A stretch of DNA of 64,000 nucleotides from Candidatus Poribacteria bacterium (GTDB lineage: Bacteria > Poribacteria > WGA-4E > WGA-3G), in assembly GCA_965242965.1 (NCBI GenBank), contig OZ251518.1, positions 992,001-1,056,000 of the forward strand, in the 5' to 3' direction. Shown in pieces: positions 59,109 through 64,000 of the stretch. The translations under genes and the position numbers were made by a program. Position 1 is the stretch's first letter. Every line of letters starts with the position of its first letter. The notes beneath the pieces are model-generated. The model was not told the DNA's origin. It ran no database searches and was given only the letters and a program-made list of their open reading frames with translations.

Positions 59109-60086
59109 TTACGCTGCGAGTCCGAACAAGTCTTGGGCATTGCCGCCAAAAATTCGCGCTTTGTCTGCCTCAGGGATGTCCATTTCCTGAATTAATTGGA
59201 CGAACCGGGGCATGTCTACCCACGGATGGTCCGTCCCGAAAAGCAGGCGATGCGCGCCGGAGAACTGATAGGCGTATTGCAACGCTTGCTCTGATGGCGA
59301 GACAGTATCCAAATAAATTCGGCGCAGGTAGGCACTCGGCGGTTGTGTGATATGCTCTCTGGCTCTGCCTAATACTTCGGTTTGATGCTCAATGCGGCCG
59401 CTCATGTAGGGCAAAATACCGCCGACGTGAGGCATCACCACTTGCAAGTTTGGATGCCGTTCTAACGTGCCGCTGAGAATCAAGCGCAGCATCGCGAAAC
59501 TGCAATCGACTTGCAGCCCCATCATGCCTATCATCCAGTGTTCCTTAATTGCTTCTCCCCATGTTGGCACGGTGGGGTGCATGACAATCGGCATCTGCGT
59601 GGATTCGGCGTGTGCGTAAACGGCTGCAAAGCGCGCGTCGTCAACCGGTTTTCCACCGATGTGCGAATAGAGCATGATGCCGCGGAAACCCATCGTTTTG
59701 GCGCGTTCCATTTCAGCGATTGCCTCTTCGGGGTTTTGCCACGGGAGGCATGCGAGTCCCGCGAATCGATTGGGATGCGCGTCTACCAATTCTGCAATCG
59801 CGTTGTTGATTGCCTGCGCGCCTTTGAGCCCGAGCTCAGGCGCGAGCATACAGGGCGGCGGGATATTCGTGCTGAGCAGTGCCATATCCACACCGGCGGC
59901 ATCCATGTCTGCTAGTTTTCGCGCCGGGGCGTATGCTTCGTCTTCCAGGCGAAACTGTTGGACATCGCCGTAGGTAACGAGAGCCTCGCTGCCGCTGCGG
60001 ATTACTTGCGGCGGGTGTGGATTTTGCGCGAGGATGTCGGTATAGGCGCGTGGAAATATGTGGCTTTGGCAATCAATAATTCGCAT
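59109..60086 (-). CDS. Amidohydrolase (ACMSD/decarboxylase-like)
   Basis: IDCQSH, MHP, PHVGG, LFGTDHP, GGNA. Confidence 0.9.
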   Translation of the reverse strand: MRIIDCQSHIFPRAYTDILAQNPHPPQVIRSGSEALVTYGDVQQFRLEDEAYAPARKLADMDAAGVDMALLSTNIPPPCMLAPELGLKGAQAINNAIAELVDAHPNRFAGLACLPWQNPEEAIAEMERAKTMGFRGIMLYSHIGGKPVDDARFAAVYAHAESTQMPIVMHPTVPTWGEAIKEHWMIGMMGLQVDCSFAMLRLILSGTLERHPNLQVVMPHVGGILPYMSGRIEHQTEVLGRAREHITQPPSAYLRRIYLDTVSPSEQALQYAYQFSGAHRLLFGTDHPWVDMPRFVQLIQEMDIPEADKARIFGGNAQDLFGLAA

Positions 60087-60177
60087 TTTTTCAACATTAT
60101 AGACAGATTTTTAATTGATGTCAACCCGAACGATTCCGTTTCTCCAGTAGGAGAGACCTGTCAAGAAAATGTTCCAT

Positions 60178-60452
60178 TACCGTAGCGCGGGGGCCTGTCC
60201 CCCGCGAGTTTTCGGTAACCCGCAGCATGGCGAGGGACAGGCCCTCGCCCTACGATGAAAGGGGCCGTTTTTCGACTCAGAAACCCTCACGTTACCGTAG
60301 CGCGGGGGCCTGTCCCCCGCGATCGTTCGGTAGACCGGAGCATGGCGAGGGAAACCCGCTCGCATGCGCGTGTGGCATCCGAGGGCCCAAGCCCTACGTG
60401 AAGAGGCAGCGTTTTTTTCACTGCGACGTTGAGCGAGTTATGAAACCCCCTC
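60178..60452. repeat. REP cluster ending in the MITE right TIR
   Basis: Four GTAG hairpins, then acgttgagcgagttatgaaaccccctc; no left TIR recognised. Confidence 0.7.
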
Positions 60453-60464
60453 CGTTAACTCGCC

Positions 60465-63400
60465 TCAAAAATGCCTGTGTGGCGAAGCCCATTTTTCGAT
60501 ATAGTTCGATGGAATCTCGCGGACAAACATGGAGGAGGCGCGTTGTCTGTCGTCAAAGCGATACTCGGTAGAGGAGAGGTAAAGTTGCTGTTGCGCGCGC
60601 GTCATGCCGACGTAAAACAGTCGCCGCTCCTCCTCAATCTCCGCCTCTGTCATGTTCTCTTTCCACATAGGGAAATTGCCTTCCTCCATGCCGATGATGA
60701 AAACGACAGGGAACTCGGTTCCCTTTGCCGAATGCAGCGTCATGAGCGTGAGTTTTTCACTCTTTTCGTCCCGTTCATCGCTGCCGGTGAGCAATTTCTG
60801 GTAATCCAAGAAACTCGCCAGTTGATGTTCCTCGTTCATTTCCTCAAAGTGGAGGGCGGCGTTCATCATTTGAACGCGCCGCTTTTGCCATGCGGTATCT
60901 TCCGGCGAGATTGGAACACTAGTTTGCTGTAAATCTGCGAGTAGCCTGCCGAGCGTTTCTTCTTGTGCAGTTTCGACAGGCAATATGTCTGTCAGGTGTT
61001 TCGGCGTGTCGTGCGTTTGGACGTAACGCCGTGCGGCGTTCAGTAGCGCGCTAGTCGCGTCTGTCATCGTTGCGTTATCTTGCGCGAGGATGCCGAGCCC
61101 GACAAACGGCAGCAGTTCGGTTAACGATGTAATTTCGCGCCTGCGCGCGTCTATCTGGATGAGTGTCTTGAAGATTTCGCGGTTCACCTCGATGTCGTCA
61201 AGCGCGGTGTGCAAGCGATCGTATGGAATGCCGAACCTATCGGCGAGTGCCTTAATGTTACACCGCTCGCGCGGGAAAAGCCTTCTCGCCGTGACGAGCG
61301 TGTCGTAATACGGGTTGCGGAATTCCATTTTCAGATGTGTGCGCAGATCGCGTTCAAGGATGGAGTTATCAAATTTCGTGACGTTGTGCCCGATGAGGAT
61401 GCGGTCCCGGATAAATTCACAAAATTCGGGGAGCACCGTCTCAATACTCGGTGAGTCTTTGACGGTAGCCTCGTCAATTCCGTGGATGTTGGTGCTTGCA
61501 GGGGGGATATACCCGCCCGGTGGTTTCACCAAGCGATAGAATCTGTCTACCTCATCTCCGATAGCACTGAGTCGGTGCGCGCCAATCTCAACGATTTGGG
61601 CAATTTTCGGGTTAACCCCGGTCGTCTCCAAATCATAGACAACCATGTCCGCCATGTTGGGGTTCTCAAATCGGCCGATCAGGCGTTGGCATAACGCCAG
61701 CGCGGTGATGCTGAGTGCCTCAGTGGATTGCAGTTGAATCACGCTGTCGTCTTTCGCCTCGGCATTGCCGATGTGAATTGTCCGCGCCGGGGTGGGTGCG
61801 TCTACCGCAAAATCGCCGATGAGTAGGTGGACACCGGGGCCATCTGCGTGAGATTGTCGAGACCGGGAGGTCTCTCCTACGGTTGTTGCCTCAAGAGACC
61901 GTAGCGCGGGGGCCTGTCCCCCGCGCTCGCCGAAGGACTCTCCTACCGGGAGATGTCGCACGTGAATATCCTGTTCCAGGTATGTCTCTAACGTCTCCCG
62001 GAGGATGTGCGTGGCGCAATAGGCATCGAGGTTTCCGTGAGCGGCGGTGATGTGAATGCGTTCGTTTCCATCAATCGCGCTGTAGAGGACATCGCGGGCG
62101 GTGTCGAGGTTTTTGGCATCGACTTGGTCTTTCTCAATCTCGGCGATTTCTTCTTCGCGGTAAGGGCATCGCGAACGTTCCAAGATTTCAAACAGTTTCA
62201 GCACGATTTTGGTAGGACGTTCGCCATCTATTTCAGCGATTAATTCGTCAAGTTGTGCCCAAAACTGTTTGACGTTTCGGCGAGTGCGCGGTCCGACATC
62301 TTTTGGGTATGCGTCAATATTTTTCAGGAGTTGCATCAGCGTGATGCCTTCGCGTTCTGCGAGCCATTTGAGGCGGACCCACGTCAAATCGTCAACCCGT
62401 TTTTCGGGGAAACTGATGGCGAGTTCTAAGTCGCGCGGGATTTGCCATTGCGCGAAACTGAGGTAAGCGACGATGGCTTTGGTGTTCTCCTCCTGAAACG
62501 CATTGGTTGGTTGGATGCGCTGGTAGTCAATGTTTTCTTTCGTCAACTGCTCTTCTAAAACGTTGGCGAGTTTGTGCTGGCGATAGAAAATGGCAATCTG
62601 CCGGTAGGAGTAGTTCCGCTGCGTAATCAACTGCCGGATGATCTGGATGATGCGTTGCGCTTCCTCTGCCTGCGTTGTGAAGGTATAGTGGAAGATGTCT
62701 CGCCCTACGCCTTCGTGGGTTTTCAGCGTATGCCGATTCTGGCGTCCGGTATTTTTAGAGATGACTTCTTCAGCGGCGCGCAAAATTTTCTCGCTGCATC
62801 GGTAGTGTTCGTCTAAATGAATGACGTTGGGGGCGAAATCGGCAGTGAACTCGGCGATGTATTGCGGGTTGGAACCGCGCCAACTGTAGATAGCCTGGTC
62901 TTCGTCAGCGACAACCGTCAGGTTTCGGGCTGGAGGCGCGCACAGCAGTTGCAACAGGCGATACTGCACGCCGTTTACATCGTGGTATTCGTCGACGAGG
63001 ATATGGCGGATGTCGCGGTGATAAGTTTTCTGCACGTCGGGTGCCTGCTCAAACAAGGCGATGGTTTTCCCGAGTAGATCATCGAAGTCCAAGGCGTTGT
63101 GCGCGTCGAGTTTTCGCTGATACACTTCTGCCACATCGGCGATGTCCGCAATCTGTGTTGCGTCTTCAATGGGCGTGCCGTCGTCTCGGCGAAATTCGGC
63201 ATCGCCGAGTCTCCCCTTGGCGTTGCTGATGATATTGCGTAGCATCCAAGGCGGGTATTCGTAAGGGTCGAGTTGCAGTTCGCGGACAGCTTCGGCGAAA
63301 AGTTCGTCTTGAATCCCCTGGTCAAAAATAGTGAAGTTGTCGCTCATTCCGATGGCGGTGGCGTGCTTCCGCAGCGCGCGGACGCAGAAGGCGTGGAAGG

Positions 63401-63659
63401 TGCAGACCTTGATGTTAGCACCGTGCGGCGCGCCAATTTCGTTGTTGACCCGGGTCTGCATCTCCTGTGCTGCCTTGTTCGTAAAGGTGATTGCGAGGAT
63501 CTGCTCCGGTTTCACCCGGTGTTGTCGGATGAGATAGGCGATGCGGTGCGTGATGACTTTTGTCTTCCCTGTTCCTGGCCCAGCGATGACCAGGAGAGGG
63601 CCGCTTTGATGCGTGACTGCCTGTTTCTGTTTTTCGTTGAGGTCGTGAAGGATGTTCAT
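60465..63659 (-). CDS. UvrD/PcrA-family helicase with inserted DnaQ-like (DEDDh) 3'-5' exonuclease
   Basis: AGPGTGKT, TFTNKAA, VDEYHD, QAIYSWRG, YDLETTG/HNVTKFD/HTALDD, TLHSAKGTEF, EERRLFYVGMTRA. Confidence 0.92.
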   Translation of the reverse strand: MNILHDLNEKQKQAVTHQSGPLLVIAGPGTGKTKVITHRIAYLIRQHRVKPEQILAITFTNKAAQEMQTRVNNEIGAPHGANIKVCTFHAFCVRALRKHATAIGMSDNFTIFDQGIQDELFAEAVRELQLDPYEYPPWMLRNIISNAKGRLGDAEFRRDDGTPIEDATQIADIADVAEVYQRKLDAHNALDFDDLLGKTIALFEQAPDVQKTYHRDIRHILVDEYHDVNGVQYRLLQLLCAPPARNLTVVADEDQAIYSWRGSNPQYIAEFTADFAPNVIHLDEHYRCSEKILRAAEEVISKNTGRQNRHTLKTHEGVGRDIFHYTFTTQAEEAQRIIQIIRQLITQRNYSYRQIAIFYRQHKLANVLEEQLTKENIDYQRIQPTNAFQEENTKAIVAYLSFAQWQIPRDLELAISFPEKRVDDLTWVRLKWLAEREGITLMQLLKNIDAYPKDVGPRTRRNVKQFWAQLDELIAEIDGERPTKIVLKLFEILERSRCPYREEEIAEIEKDQVDAKNLDTARDVLYSAIDGNERIHITAAHGNLDAYCATHILRETLETYLEQDIHVRHLPVGESFGERGGQAPALRSLEATTVGETSRSRQSHADGPGVHLLIGDFAVDAPTPARTIHIGNAEAKDDSVIQLQSTEALSITALALCQRLIGRFENPNMADMVVYDLETTGVNPKIAQIVEIGAHRLSAIGDEVDRFYRLVKPPGGYIPPASTNIHGIDEATVKDSPSIETVLPEFCEFIRDRILIGHNVTKFDNSILERDLRTHLKMEFRNPYYDTLVTARRLFPRERCNIKALADRFGIPYDRLHTALDDIEVNREIFKTLIQIDARRREITSLTELLPFVGLGILAQDNATMTDATSALLNAARRYVQTHDTPKHLTDILPVETAQEETLGRLLADLQQTSVPISPEDTAWQKRRVQMMNAALHFEEMNEEHQLASFLDYQKLLTGSDERDEKSEKLTLMTLHSAKGTEFPVVFIIGMEEGNFPMWKENMTEAEIEEERRLFYVGMTRAQQQLYLSSTEYRFDDRQRASSMFVREIPSNYIEKWASPHRHF

Positions 63660-63898
63660 TTTTCGTTTCTCTCGATGCGTTATGCAAGCGTTTCTTGTCC
63701 GCAATTAAAATCGTTTGGTAATTAGTATACCTTATGCAATGGGAAAAATGCAAACTTTTTTTCGTGAATAGAATCATTCAGTAAGATGTCGAGACCAGGA
63801 GGTCTCTCCTACCGATGGGCATCGAGATAAGGGGCTTGCCAACCGGGGATACGCGAACCGTCCGATGCGCCGCGTTCACGTAATTTGGCTTTCCGGTG

Positions 63899-64000
63899 TT
63901 AAAAACAACCCTTAATCAGCGCGGCAAGGGCTAGCACTGCTGATACACAGGCTGTTCCTAGGGCGAGATTCACCCTATTTTCTCTTTTTGATTCGTCGCG
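63899..64000 (-). CDS. Partial CDS (3' end): charged segment followed by C-terminal TM helix
   Basis: RDESKRENRVNLALGTACVSAVLALAALIKGCF*; architecture like the tails of the 45067-46229 proteins. Confidence 0.45.
   Translation of the reverse strand, partial: RDESKRENRVNLALGTACVSAVLALAALIKGCF

Noticed and set aside
63820-64000. Possible structured ncRNA at the window end
   Set aside because: Better explained as the 3' end of a minus-strand CDS with a TM tail; no tRNA or known ncRNA signature.

Overview
Bacterial chromosomal window, most likely Candidatus Poribacteria (inferred from four PhyH dioxygenases, LamG/cadherin/Fn3/lamin-tail/dockerin secreted proteins with short TTWG-type or FlgD-like C-terminal tails, and a sulfatase). 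About 45 CDS are supported. They include acs, guaB, an orphan nuoI, a HindVP-type type II R-M pair, a type III R-M pair, an orphan MT-A70 methyltransferase and a UvrD-exonuclease fusion. Features missed by the ORF track: (1) a tnpB-only IS200/IS605 element (11142-12622) cleanly splitting a VOC gene; (2) the type III mod gene is frameshifted at a G9 tract; (3) a UGA-readthrough (UxxC) peroxiredoxin-like selenolipoprotein with a SECIS-like hairpin; (4) dense GTAG-type REP-like palindromes, some packaged in MITE-like units with TIRs and a 9-bp TSD, and some inserted in-frame in proteins; (5) a leader ORF with a C12 tract upstream of a large adhesin-like gene; (6) two arrays of tandem membrane-anchored coiled-coil paralogues. 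No rRNA, tRNA or CRISPR array was recognised. All calls are by eye from motifs, with no database searches.
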